Source: Spirochaetia bacterium
Lineage (GTDB): Bacteria; Spirochaetota; Spirochaetia; SZUA-6; Bin103
Assembly (NCBI GenBank): GCA_965203055.1
Contig: OZ241863.1
Span: 2,336,001 to 2,400,000, forward strand
Reading direction: 5' to 3'
Length of the DNA: 64,000 bases
The notes below the pieces were generated by a model, which had not been told where the DNA came from, made no database searches, and saw only the letters and a list, made by a program, of their open reading frames with translations. The position numbers and the translations under genes were made by a program. Positions 1-10,649 of this stretch are shown piece after piece (position 1 is the first letter of the stretch; the number at the start of each line of letters is the position of its first letter).

Positions 1-89
1 CGCGCGCGCGGAACTCCAGCAGCACGCTGCCGCCATCCACCATCGGCTTGCGCACGTAGACGGTAATCGGCGCCGGCCGGGGCAGTTCC

Positions 90-371
90 CTACTTCGCAC
101 GGCGCCAGAAGCGAAACTTCTCCACGTAACCGCAGTCGTCCGGCAGGTAGCGGGAGAACAACGCGTGCAGCAGCGTTACCTGGCGGCACTCGGCGCACTC
201 CTCGAACCGGGACGTGTACACGGTGCAGAGGTTGCTCTCGGTGTCCAGGAACCGGCACGGCTGGTCCTTCTTGACCACCAACTCACCCGCCTCCCGCTCG
301 CGCCGGTAGCAGCAGGCGCCGCACTGAGTACAAATATCGTCCCACCAGTCGCGCAACGCGCCGTTCGCCAT
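90..371 (-). CDS. YkgJ/YcgN-like cysteine-cluster (CxxCxxCC) protein, 93 aa
   Basis: Contains WDDICTQCGACCY...PCRFLDTESNLCTVYTSRFEECAEC...LPDDCGY. ATG at 371 lies 7 nt downstream of a TATAGT -10-like hexamer. Confidence 0.8.
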   Translation of the reverse strand: MANGALRDWWDDICTQCGACCYRREREAGELVVKKDQPCRFLDTESNLCTVYTSRFEECAECRQVTLLHALFSRYLPDDCGYVEKFRFWRRAK

Positions 372-427
372 CGGCGCCACTATAGCCCGATACCCTGCCC
401 TCGTTCCACACTGCGCGCGGAGAGAAG

Positions 428-2101
428 ATGGCGGTGAATCTGACGGCTGGCGGAGTTCACGCCGGGCGGCGCGGCGCGGTGCGCGCCGGCGGCCTGCCGA
501 TGGCGGTCTGCTCGGCGCTGCTCCTCGCGCTGGCGCTGCCGAACGACCTGTTTCCGCTGGGCAGCCCGCTGTTCGGGGCGGCGTGTCTGGCCCCCCTGCT
601 GGTAGCGCTGTACCGCAGCCGCAGCTATCGCCACGCCGCATGGCTGGGCGCGGTCTTCGGCGTGTGCGCCAGCGTCCTGAGCAACTTCTGGCTGCTGTTC
701 TTCCAGAGCTTCTCGGCGTGGACGCTGGGCGGGGTCACCCTCGCCTACCTGGGATACCACGCCGTGCTGGCCGCGGTCCTGCGCTTCGCCGCCGGGGTGC
801 CGCGCGCCTACCGGCCGTTCGCCGTGGCCGCGGTGTGGGCGTTGTACGAGTACCTCAAGTCGTCCGGCTACCTGGGCTATCCATGGGGTCTGATAGCGTA
901 TCCGGCGCACGCCGTCACCCCGCTCATCCAGTTCGTGGAGATCACCGGCGTGTGGGGGCTGTCGCTGCTGATGGCAACGGTGAACGGAGTGGCCGCCGAG
1001 TGGCTCGACCTGGCCTGGCAGCGGCGCCGGGGAGTGCCGGCGCGGCTGTGGCGCGTCAGCGCCGGCGCGGCGCTGCTGGTGGCCGCCGCCCTCGGCTACG
1101 GCGCCGCGGCCTTGCAGCGGGAGATTCCCGACGCCGGGAGCGCCGACCTGGTGCTGGTGCAACACAACGCCAACCCGTGGCAGAGCGGCGACGACGCCGG
1201 CACGCTGCGCATCCTCGAAGCGCTTACCGCCGAAGGCATCGCCGCCGATCCTGCTTTGCCGGACCTGGTGGTGTGGAGCGAGACCGCGGTGCGCTACCCG
1301 GTGGCCGCGCCGCCCTCGGGCGGCGCGGCGGCGCAGGCGCCGCCGCCCCTGCGCCGATTCCCCGTGCCGCTGCTTACCGGGGTGCCCTGGTTAGTCAGCG
1401 AGGCGCCCGGCGCGGCCATGAACGCCGCGATGCTGGTGGCGCCGGGGGGCGAGGTGGCCGCCCATTACGGCAAGCAGCACCTGGTTCCGTTTGCCGAGAG
1501 CGTCCCGTTCTGGGAGCTGGCGGCCGTGCGCCGCTTCTTCAGCGAGGTGATCGGCCTGCAGGCCACCTGGGTGCCGGGCGCCGAGGCCACCATCTTCTCG
1601 GTGCCCCTGCGCCGCGGCGGCCGGGCGCGCTTCGCGACGCCGATCTGCTTCGAGGACGCGTTCCCCGACCTGAATCGGCGCTTCATCCGCGCCGGCGCGG
1701 ATCTGCTCATCAACCTCACCAACGACGCCTGGTCGCAGACCGTGTCCGCCGAGACCCAGCACTTCGTCGCCGCCAAGCTGCGCGCCGTCGAGAACCGGCG
1801 CGTGCTGGTGCGCGCCACCAACGGCGGCGTGACCGCGGCCATCGATCCCTGGGGCAGGATCATCGGCAACGCCGCGCCGCTGTTCACGGAAACCTGGGTC
1901 CGCCTGCAGGTCCCCGTGTATCGGCCGCCGGCCGACACGCCCTACACCCGCTTCGGCGACTGGCTGCCGCCGCTCCTTGGCCTGGTCCTGGGCGTGCCGT
2001 TCGCGGTCACGCGGTGGCGGAGCCGGCAGCGAAGCGGATGGCGTAGCGGTCGGCGCGGCGGTCCAGCCGGCAGCGGGCGCCGAACACCGCCTGCAGCGTA
2101 A
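428..2101 (+). CDS. lnt: Apolipoprotein N-acyltransferase (paralog 1)
   Basis: N-terminal TM helices and a GYPWG motif. Nitrilase triad motifs VVWSET, YGKQHLVPFAE and PICFED. Also TNDAW, RAVENRR and YTRFGDW. Confidence 0.93.
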   Translation: MAVNLTAGGVHAGRRGAVRAGGLPMAVCSALLLALALPNDLFPLGSPLFGAACLAPLLVALYRSRSYRHAAWLGAVFGVCASVLSNFWLLFFQSFSAWTLGGVTLAYLGYHAVLAAVLRFAAGVPRAYRPFAVAAVWALYEYLKSSGYLGYPWGLIAYPAHAVTPLIQFVEITGVWGLSLLMATVNGVAAEWLDLAWQRRRGVPARLWRVSAGAALLVAAALGYGAAALQREIPDAGSADLVLVQHNANPWQSGDDAGTLRILEALTAEGIAADPALPDLVVWSETAVRYPVAAPPSGGAAAQAPPPLRRFPVPLLTGVPWLVSEAPGAAMNAAMLVAPGGEVAAHYGKQHLVPFAESVPFWELAAVRRFFSEVIGLQATWVPGAEATIFSVPLRRGGRARFATPICFEDAFPDLNRRFIRAGADLLINLTNDAWSQTVSAETQHFVAAKLRAVENRRVLVRATNGGVTAAIDPWGRIIGNAAPLFTETWVRLQVPVYRPPADTPYTRFGDWLPPLLGLVLGVPFAVTRWRSRQRSGWRSGRRGGPAGSGRRTPPAA

Positions 2102-2823
2102 CCTCGGTCAGCGCCTCGGGCGGCGCCCCGCACGCCGCCGTCCGCCCGCGGTCCAACACCAGCACGCCGTCGTAGCGGGCGGTGATCTCGGCTATGTCGT
2201 GGGTAACGTACACCACCGTGAGCTCCCGGCGCTGCCGGAACAGGGCCGCCAGATCTTCCAGAAACCGCTCCCGCGCCGCCGGGTCGAGGCCGATGGCCGG
2301 CTCGTCGAGCAGCAGCAGTTCCACCTCCGGCGCCAGCGCCCGCGCAATCAGCACGCGCTGCCGTTCGCCGGTGGAGAGGGTGGCGAAACGGCGCTCGGCC
2401 AGGTGGGCCGCGGCCAGCAGCGCCAGTTGCCGGCGCGCCTGCGCCAGCGCCGCGGCGGGCACCTCGCCGTAGAGCACCAGACCGCCGCGCGCGCGCGACA
2501 TGACTACCTCGGCGGCGCTCATGAAGGGCGGGATCTGGTAGCGCACGTCGCTGTGCACCCAACCGATTCGCGCCCGCAGGCGGCGCAGGTCGGTACGCCC
2601 GAAGCGCTCGCCCAATACCTGCAGGGTTCCTTCGGACGGATAGGCGTAGGCGGCGAACAGCCGCACCAGCGAGGTCTTGCCGCTGCCGTTGGGCCCCAGC
2701 ACCGCCCAGCGCTCGCCGCGGCGGAGCGCAAGGCTGATGTCGTCGAGGATGCGCGCGCCGTCGACCACCAGGCCGATGCCGCGGGCGACTACGGCCTGCG
2801 GCGCCGGCGGCGGTCCCGGAGCG

Positions 2824-2834
<11 letters not shown>
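2007..2834 (-). CDS. ABC-type ATP-binding protein (ModF/YlmA-like), no adjacent permease
   Basis: Walker [10 protein letters not shown], signature LSTGERQR, Walker B LLLLDEP and H-loop VTH. The TTG start overlaps the rho stop. Confidence 0.85.
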
Positions 2835-4515
<1,681 letters not shown>

Positions 4516-4712
4516 GGCGAGGACTCCAGGGGGCCAGAATGCATGCCGCGCGAAACCAGGCGGAACCTGGGCCGGCGACAGGTCATTTGTCTAACGAAAG
4601 GATGTGTGCGTGACAGGTCTCGCCGGACACTTCCGGTGGGCAACGACTGCCGTCGTTTCCTACTCTTGTCCGGCAAGCCGCGATCCGGGCGCGTGCGCCC
4701 GCCGTTGAGTTA

Positions 4713-4742
4713 ACTGTACGCCCATTGCCGCACCGGCGTCAA
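4713..4742 (-). promoter_or_regulatory. sigma70-like promoter of rho (TTGACG-N18-TACAGT)
   Basis: Minus-strand hexamers at 4742-4737 and 4718-4713, in the intergenic region upstream of rho. Confidence 0.6.
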
Positions 4743-4786
4743 CCGGCGCCGCGGCAGCACCGCACGGCACCGCCGCCACCCGGCGG

Positions 4787-5533
4787 TCAGATGCCATCGG
4801 CGGGGTCGTTTCCGCTCCCGCTGAGGCGATCGTGAACCAGCGTCTGCAACTCCTCCAGGCTCAGGTCGCCCTCCTTCAGACGGTCGCCCCGGTCGCGCAC
4901 TTCGGTGATCTGCTCCTCCAGCTCGCTCAACGTCGCCAGCACCGCCTGCGACTGCTCCGCCACGGTGGCCGCGAACGCCCGTAGCGCGTCGGCATCGCCC
5001 TCCTGCAGCAGCCGCGCGCCGCGCCGCGCCTGCTCCTCCAACGGCTGCCGGACGTGCCGCGAAAAGAAGATCAGCGACTCGTTGAGCGCCTCGATGATCC
5101 CCAGCCGGTGCTCGCGGCGGGCAAGCTGCCGGGCCAGCTCATGGCGATGCAGCACGGCCCGGATCCGGGCCAGCACCTCGGAGAAATTGAACGGCTTGGA
5201 GATGTAGTCGTCCACCCCCAACTCCAGTCCTGCGATGCGATCGGCTATCTCGTCTTGCTCCGACAACATGATGATCGGCAGGCCGCGGTAGGCCGCATAC
5301 TCCGGCGCGGTCTTGATCCTCCGGGTAACCTCCAAGCCGGACAATCCCGGCAGCAGGTCGTCGAGCACGATCAGGTCGGGATTCACCTCCGCCAACCGCT
5401 CCAGGGCCTGCTCGCCGTGCGCGGCCGGTGCGACCTCGAAGCCAAGCCGCGACAGCATCACCTCGAACATCTCGAGGAAGACCGGTTCGTCATCGACGAC
5501 GAGTATCCTGGCGTGTGTGGAGCGGTCCGACAT
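4787..5533 (-). CDS. Response regulator: receiver domain plus coiled-coil tail, no recognisable DNA-binding output
   Basis: ILVVDDEP, DLIVLDDLLPGLSG, PIIMLS and DDYISKPF, followed by a helical Glu/Leu/Arg-rich C-terminus. Confidence 0.85.
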   Translation of the reverse strand: MSDRSTHARILVVDDEPVFLEMFEVMLSRLGFEVAPAAHGEQALERLAEVNPDLIVLDDLLPGLSGLEVTRRIKTAPEYAAYRGLPIIMLSEQDEIADRIAGLELGVDDYISKPFNFSEVLARIRAVLHRHELARQLARREHRLGIIEALNESLIFFSRHVRQPLEEQARRGARLLQEGDADALRAFAATVAEQSQAVLATLSELEEQITEVRDRGDRLKEGDLSLEELQTLVHDRLSGSGNDPADGI

Positions 5534-5556
5534 TGGTCCAGAGCGGGACGGGGTTC

Positions 5557-5586
5557 AATCTTCCCGCAGCCGGATGCCTGTGTCAA
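5557..5586 (-). promoter_or_regulatory. sigma70-like promoter of the response regulator gene (TTGACA-N18-AAGATT)
   Basis: Consensus -35 at 5586-5581 and a weak -10 at 5562-5557. Confidence 0.45.
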
Positions 5587-5628
5587 CGGCCCGGGCGCCG
5601 GCGGAGCCGGCGGCGCGAAGCGGGCGCC

Positions 5629-7281
5629 CTAGCGGGCCGGCCGCCGTCCCGGCGCGGCGCGCCGCAGACTCCCGGCGGCGAGCAGCGCCAGCCCCGCGGC
5701 CAACACGGCGATGCCGAACCAGTCTCCCCAGCGCGTGTAGAGGGTATGCGGGCCATCCACCACCGGCACGCTGCCGATCAGGTAGTCGGCGGTGAACGGC
5801 TCCAGCAACTGCAGGAGGCGGCCGTCCGGGTCGACGGTCGCCGTCATCCCGCCGTTGGTGGAACGCACCACCGAGCGCCGGTTCTCCACCGCCCGGAACA
5901 TGCCGATCATCATGTGCTGCATCTCCGCAGGCACCGAAGCCGACCACGAGTCGTTGCTCATGTTCACCAGCACCTGCGCGCCGTGCCGCACGAACTCCCG
6001 CCCCAGGTAGCCGAAGGTGTCCTCGAAGCAGATCGGGGTGGAAAACCGCACTCCCGGGCGGCCGCCGGCAGCGCCCGAATCGAACACCACGTACTCGGTG
6101 CCCTGCTTCCAGAAGTGGGTATCGGCCTCCTTCAGCCAGCGGTAGATGCCGGGCAACTGGCGCTTGAAGGGAAAGCTCTCGGTGAAGGGCACCAGGTGGA
6201 TCTTGCGGTAGGTATCCACGATCTCGCCGGCGCCGAACAGCAGCGCGGCGTTGTAGTCCACGCGCACCTCGCCGTCCGCGGTACGCTCCAGTTGCCCGTC
6301 GTCGTTGCCGACCACGAACGGCACGCTCTGCCGGTCCAGATAGGCGCGCAGCCGCTGCACCAGGGCAAACCGGCGGGAGTCGGTCCGGTGCCGCGTATGC
6401 CAGTCGATGCCGGGCACGAACGAGGTCTCCGACCAGATCACGATGTCGGGAGCTTCGCGCAGCGCCGCATCGCTGAGCCGCAGCAGCGTGTCCAGTGAGC
6501 GCTCGTAGGCGTAGAAACCGCCGCGCCAGGGATCGATGTTCTGCTGAATCAAGGCGACGCGCCACTGGCCGGCGGTCTGATAATCGCCGCGCGCGGCGGC
6601 GCCGTATCCCACGTTGGCGGCCAGCAACGCCGCCCAGCAGAGCAGCGGGAGGCGGTGGCGGCCCCAGAAGCGCGCCAGCAGCGGCCGCCGCCATGGGGCC
6701 AGCCGCGCCGCCAGCGCGTCCAGCGCCAACCGCGCCAACAGCGCCGAGGCGGCGACCACCAGCAGCGACACGCCCCACACTCCGGTGACCCCGGCGATCT
6801 GGATGAAGTCGGTCCACAGATACTGGGTATAGCCGATGATGCCGTAGCTGTAGCCAAGAAAGCCGAGACTCTTGACGTATTCGTAGCCTACCCAGATCAG
6901 CACCTGCACCAGGTAGCCGTAGCGGGGAAAGAGGTGGTCGGCCAACTTCAGGAGCAGGAACAGGAGCAGCAGGTAGCCCATGTACACTACCGGCACGATG
7001 ATGATGGCCAACGGGTGGAAGGTGGCCAGCCAGTAATTGTAGAGCGCGTAGCTGGCGTACCCGTACAGCACGCCGTAGAGCACCACCCGCAGCCACCCGG
7101 CGCGGCGCAGCACCAGGAACACCGGCGCCAACGCCACGAACGCCACCGGGCCCAGGCCCCAACGGGTGAGCAGACTGGGATGCGCCAGCGCGAACAGGAC
7201 TGCGGACAGCAGCAGCAGCCCGACCTCGCCGGCGGTGGTACGAAAGAACGCGCCCGCGGGGCGCCGGTGCTCCGCAGTCAG
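5629..7281 (-). CDS. lnt: Apolipoprotein N-acyltransferase (paralog 2); start uncertain (CTG at 7281 proposed; first GTG at 7146)
   Basis: VIWSET, YRKIHLVPFTE, PICFED, SNDSW, RAVENRR and LYTRWGDW. The frame stays open upstream of 7146 and encodes the first TM helix LLLLSAVLFALAHP. Confidence 0.9.
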   Translation of the reverse strand: MTAEHRRPAGAFFRTTAGEVGLLLLSAVLFALAHPSLLTRWGLGPVAFVALAPVFLVLRRAGWLRVVLYGVLYGYASYALYNYWLATFHPLAIIIVPVVYMGYLLLLFLLLKLADHLFPRYGYLVQVLIWVGYEYVKSLGFLGYSYGIIGYTQYLWTDFIQIAGVTGVWGVSLLVVAASALLARLALDALAARLAPWRRPLLARFWGRHRLPLLCWAALLAANVGYGAAARGDYQTAGQWRVALIQQNIDPWRGGFYAYERSLDTLLRLSDAALREAPDIVIWSETSFVPGIDWHTRHRTDSRRFALVQRLRAYLDRQSVPFVVGNDDGQLERTADGEVRVDYNAALLFGAGEIVDTYRKIHLVPFTESFPFKRQLPGIYRWLKEADTHFWKQGTEYVVFDSGAAGGRPGVRFSTPICFEDTFGYLGREFVRHGAQVLVNMSNDSWSASVPAEMQHMMIGMFRAVENRRSVVRSTNGGMTATVDPDGRLLQLLEPFTADYLIGSVPVVDGPHTLYTRWGDWFGIAVLAAGLALLAAGSLRRAAPGRRPAR

Positions 7282-7330
7282 GGCAGCGTTGGCGCGGAGA
7301 TCTAGGCCGGAACGGCGGCCGCGCGGCGGA

Positions 7331-7633
7331 TCAATGGCGCAACTGCCACGCGCGCCGCTTCAACTCCCTGCCCGGACGGAAGGTGACCACCCCATGGTCT
7401 TCCACTTGCACCGCTTCTCCGGTCTTGGGATTGCGCGCCTTGCGGCCTTTGCGGGTGCGTACCTCGAAGGTCCCGAAGCCGCGCAACTCGATGGTGTGCT
7501 CGTCGAGCAGACCCTCCTTGACCGCATCGAAGAACAGGCCGAGGACTCGATGGATGCTCTTCTTGCCGACGTCGACCCCGGGATGGATGATTTCGATGAT
7601 TTCGGCCTTGGTCAGCTTGCGCACCTCAGCCAC
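7331..7633 (-). CDS. HU/IHF family DNA-binding protein
   Basis: LTKAEII...IELRGFGTFEVRTRKGRKARNPKTGE...FRPGRELK. Confidence 0.93.
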   Translation of the reverse strand: MAEVRKLTKAEIIEIIHPGVDVGKKSIHRVLGLFFDAVKEGLLDEHTIELRGFGTFEVRTRKGRKARNPKTGEAVQVEDHGVVTFRPGRELKRRAWQLRH

Positions 7634-7654
7634 CGTCGCTCTCCAACGGCCCGT

Positions 7655-7909
7655 CTACACCTTCGACCGGCCGGCGGCCAGCCGGCGCTTGCGGCGCGCC
7701 GCGGTATTGCGCGTCAGCACGCCCTTCGCGACGGCGCGGTCCAACTGGCTGGTGACCGCCGCGAACTGCTCGTCGGTGGCGCTGCCGGCCGCCATGGCCT
7801 CGCGCAACTTGCGCATGGTGGTTCGCACCCGACTCATCACCGCGCGATTGCGCAGGCGTCGCTTCTCGTTCTGTCGCTGCCGCTTGGCAGCCGAACGCTT
7901 GCTCGGCAA
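7655..7909 (-). CDS. rpsT: 30S ribosomal protein S20
   Basis: KRSAAKRQRQNEKRRLRNR...LDRAVAKGVL.RNTAARRKRRL. TTG start after an AGGAGG RBS. Confidence 0.95.
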   Translation of the reverse strand: MPSKRSAAKRQRQNEKRRLRNRAVMSRVRTTMRKLREAMAAGSATDEQFAAVTSQLDRAVAKGVLTRNTAARRKRRLAAGRSKV

Positions 7910-7987
7910 AGTTACCTCCTTCGTGGACCGGGCGCCGGATTCACCGCCCCGCGGCGGGGTCCGCGGTCCGCTGCCAACCCGGCCCTT

Positions 7988-8017
7988 ACGTTAAGCAACC
8001 AGCGGCGCCGGCGTCAA
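7988..8017 (-). promoter_or_regulatory. sigma70-like promoter of rpsT-HU-lnt (TTGACG-N18-TAACGT)
   Basis: Hexamers at 8017-8012 and 7993-7988, intergenic. Confidence 0.55.
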
Positions 8018-8044
8018 CCGTCCGGCCGGCGCGGCGCCGGCCGG

Positions 8045-9316
8045 TCAACCGGAACCGCCCGGGCCGGTTCCGGCAGTGCGGGGCAGGAAGCGGAAGAATC
8101 GCTTCTTGCCGGCGCGCAGCAGCAACTCGTTCGGACCCGTCAGGTCGATCTGCTCATGGATGTCGGTCCGCACCCTGCCGTCGAGCCACGCCCCGCCCTG
8201 CTCGATCAGCCGGCGCGCGTCGCTCCGGGTGGAACACAGCGCGCTGTCGCCGAACAACCTTAGCAGGGAGGTGGAGTCCCCCATCTCGGGCGGCAGTTCG
8301 GCGCTCGGCAGCGCCGCGGTGTCGCCCCCGCCGGCGGCGAACAGCGCGCGGCTGGTCTGCCGCGCCTGCCGCGCCTGCTCCTCGCCATGCACCATGGCGG
8401 TAAGCTCCATGGCCAACCGCTCCTTGGCCGCGCCGGCCGCGCGGTCGCGCAACCGGCCCAACTCTTCCACGGTGGAATCGGGCAGCAAGGTAAGCAGCGC
8501 CAGCAGCCGGGGCGCGTCGGCGTCCGGCACGTTGATCCAATACTGATAGAACTGGTAGGGACTGACCCGCGCGGGATCGAGGAACAGGGCGCCGGCCGCG
8601 GTCTTGCCCATCTTCTTGCCGTCGGCGGTGGTCACCAGCGGCCAGGTGAGCGCGTGCGCTTCGACCCGCTCCACCCGCCGGATCAGGTCGACGCCGGCCA
8701 GAATGTTGGCCCACTGGTCGTCGCCGCCGAGCTGCAGCAGGCAGCCGTGCCGGCGCTGCAGCTCCAGATAGTCGTAGGCCTGCAGCAAGAGGTAGTTGAA
8801 CTCCAGAAAGCTCAATCCGGTGTCGAGCCGCCGGCGGTAGGTCTCGAAGCCCAGCATGCGGTTCACCGAGAAGTGGCGCCCGATCTCGCGCAGAAAGTCG
8901 AGGTAGCGGAGTTCGGGGAGCCAGTCGGCGTTGTTCACGACGATGGTGCGCTGCAGGTCGATGAAGCGGCCGACCTGGCGCCGCATCAGCTCGGCGTTGC
9001 GCGCCACCGTCTCCACCGGCAGCAGGGGGCGCATGTCGTCCCGGTCGGAGGGGTCGCCGACGCGCGCGGTGCCGCCGCCGATCAGCAGCACCGGCTGGTG
9101 GCCGGCGCGCTGCAGGCGCGCCATCGCCAGCAGGCCGACCAGGTGACCGGCGTGCAGGCTCGGCCCCGTCGGGTCGATGCCCAGGTAGAAGGTAACCTGC
9201 CGCTCGTCGAGGAGCCGGGTCAGGGCCGCGGCGCCGGTGGTCTGTTGGACCAACCCGCGCCGGACCAGAGCCGCAAACGCCCCGCCGCCGTGCCCGTCGC
9301 CGCTGCCGCCGCTCAT
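8045..9316 (-). CDS. tyrS: Tyrosine--tRNA ligase
   Basis: YLGIDPTGPSLHAGH, QLGGDDQWANI, KKMGKT and a C-terminal S4-like domain (RAGKKRF). Confidence 0.96.
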   Translation of the reverse strand: MSGGSGDGHGGGAFAALVRRGLVQQTTGAAALTRLLDERQVTFYLGIDPTGPSLHAGHLVGLLAMARLQRAGHQPVLLIGGGTARVGDPSDRDDMRPLLPVETVARNAELMRRQVGRFIDLQRTIVVNNADWLPELRYLDFLREIGRHFSVNRMLGFETYRRRLDTGLSFLEFNYLLLQAYDYLELQRRHGCLLQLGGDDQWANILAGVDLIRRVERVEAHALTWPLVTTADGKKMGKTAAGALFLDPARVSPYQFYQYWINVPDADAPRLLALLTLLPDSTVEELGRLRDRAAGAAKERLAMELTAMVHGEEQARQARQTSRALFAAGGGDTAALPSAELPPEMGDSTSLLRLFGDSALCSTRSDARRLIEQGGAWLDGRVRTDIHEQIDLTGPNELLLRAGKKRFFRFLPRTAGTGPGGSG

Positions 9317-10644
9317 GCCGCGCCGGCGCGCCGGTAGCCGCGCGTCGCCTCGTGCAGGCGGGCCGGCAGCTCGCGGCGCGCCACCCGCTCCTGCTTGGTG
9401 GAATCACGGAACCGCAGCGTGACCGTATCGTCATCCATCGTCCGGTAGTCCACGGTAACGCAGTACGGCGTGCCGATCTCGTCCTGGCGGCGGTAGCGGC
9501 GGCCGATGGCGCCGCCCTGATCGTAGAAGGTGGCGAACGATTCGCGCAGCTCCGCCTCGATGGCCCGCGCCCGTTCCGCCAAGCCATCTTTCTTGACCAG
9601 CGGGAACACGCCCGCGGTGACCGGGGCCACGCGCGGATGGAAGCGCAGCACCACGCGGCGCTCGCCGCCCACCTCGTCTTCGGCGTAGGCGTCGGCCAGG
9701 GCCATCAGCACCGAGCGGGTAAGCCCCACCGCGGTTTCGATGATGAACGGCACGTAGCGCTCGCGGCTGGTTTCGTCCAGATAGCTCAGGTCCTTGCCGG
9801 CGAACTCCATGTGCCGCTTCAGGTCGTAGTCGGTGCGGTTGTGGATGCCTTCCAGCTCCTGCCAGCCGAACGGGAAGCGGTACTGGATGTCGTAGGCGTC
9901 GCGCGCGTAGTGGGCCAGCTCGCCGGGGCCGTGCTGGTGAAAGCGCAGGTTGTCGGGGTCGATGCCGAGGTCGAGGTAGTACTGAAAGCGCCGCTGCTTC
10001 CAGTGTTCGAACCAGCGTACGTCGTCGCCGGGATGCACGAAGTACTGCATCTCCATCTGCTCGAACTCGCAGGTGCGGAAGATGAAGCTCTTGGTGGTGA
10101 TCTCGTTGCGGAATGCCTTGCCGACCTGGGCGATGCCGAACGGAATCTTGAGACGGCTCGACTGCAGCACGTTCTTGAAGTTGACGTAGCTGCCCTGGGC
10201 GGTCTCGGGACGCAGATACACCACGCCGGCGGCATCCCGGACCGGTCCGAGGTGGGTTTGGAACATCAGATTGAACTGGCGCGCGGCGGTCAGCTCCGGC
10301 TTCCCGCACTGGGGGCACACTCCGCCGCCGGCGTCGTCGAGCTGGTCGGCGCGGAAGCGCGCCTTGCAGTTGCGGCAGTCCACCAGCGGGTCGGTGAAGT
10401 TGGCGACGTGGCCGGACGCCTCCCAGACGCGCGGGTGCATCAGGATGGCGGCGTCGATCCCGACGATGTTGTCGTGGAGCTGCGTCATCTCGCGCCACCA
10501 CACGTCGCGCAGCCGGTTCTTGAGGGCCGCGCCAAGAGGGCCGTAGTCCCACGCCGAAGCAAGACCGCCGTAGACGTCGCTGGAGGGAAAGATGAAGCCG
10601 CGCCGCTTGCACAGCGCGACCAGCGTGTCCATGGAAACCGCCAC
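9313..10644 (-). CDS. glyQS: Glycine--tRNA ligase (homodimeric alpha2 type); start at GTG 10644 or ATG 10632
   Basis: LCKRRGFIFPSS.VYGG, YLRPETAQG, GKAFRNEI, FRTCEFEQME and IGRRYRRQDEIGTPY. Confidence 0.96.
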   Translation of the reverse strand: MAVSMDTLVALCKRRGFIFPSSDVYGGLASAWDYGPLGAALKNRLRDVWWREMTQLHDNIVGIDAAILMHPRVWEASGHVANFTDPLVDCRNCKARFRADQLDDAGGGVCPQCGKPELTAARQFNLMFQTHLGPVRDAAGVVYLRPETAQGSYVNFKNVLQSSRLKIPFGIAQVGKAFRNEITTKSFIFRTCEFEQMEMQYFVHPGDDVRWFEHWKQRRFQYYLDLGIDPDNLRFHQHGPGELAHYARDAYDIQYRFPFGWQELEGIHNRTDYDLKRHMEFAGKDLSYLDETSRERYVPFIIETAVGLTRSVLMALADAYAEDEVGGERRVVLRFHPRVAPVTAGVFPLVKKDGLAERARAIEAELRESFATFYDQGGAIGRRYRRQDEIGTPYCVTVDYRTMDDDTVTLRFRDSTKQERVARRELPARLHEATRGYRRAGAA

Positions 10645-10649
10645 CGCGC

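Noticed and set aside
1..55. Possible start of a minus-strand gene running off the window edge (MVDGGSVLLEFRARA...)
   Set aside because: Too short to identify or support.
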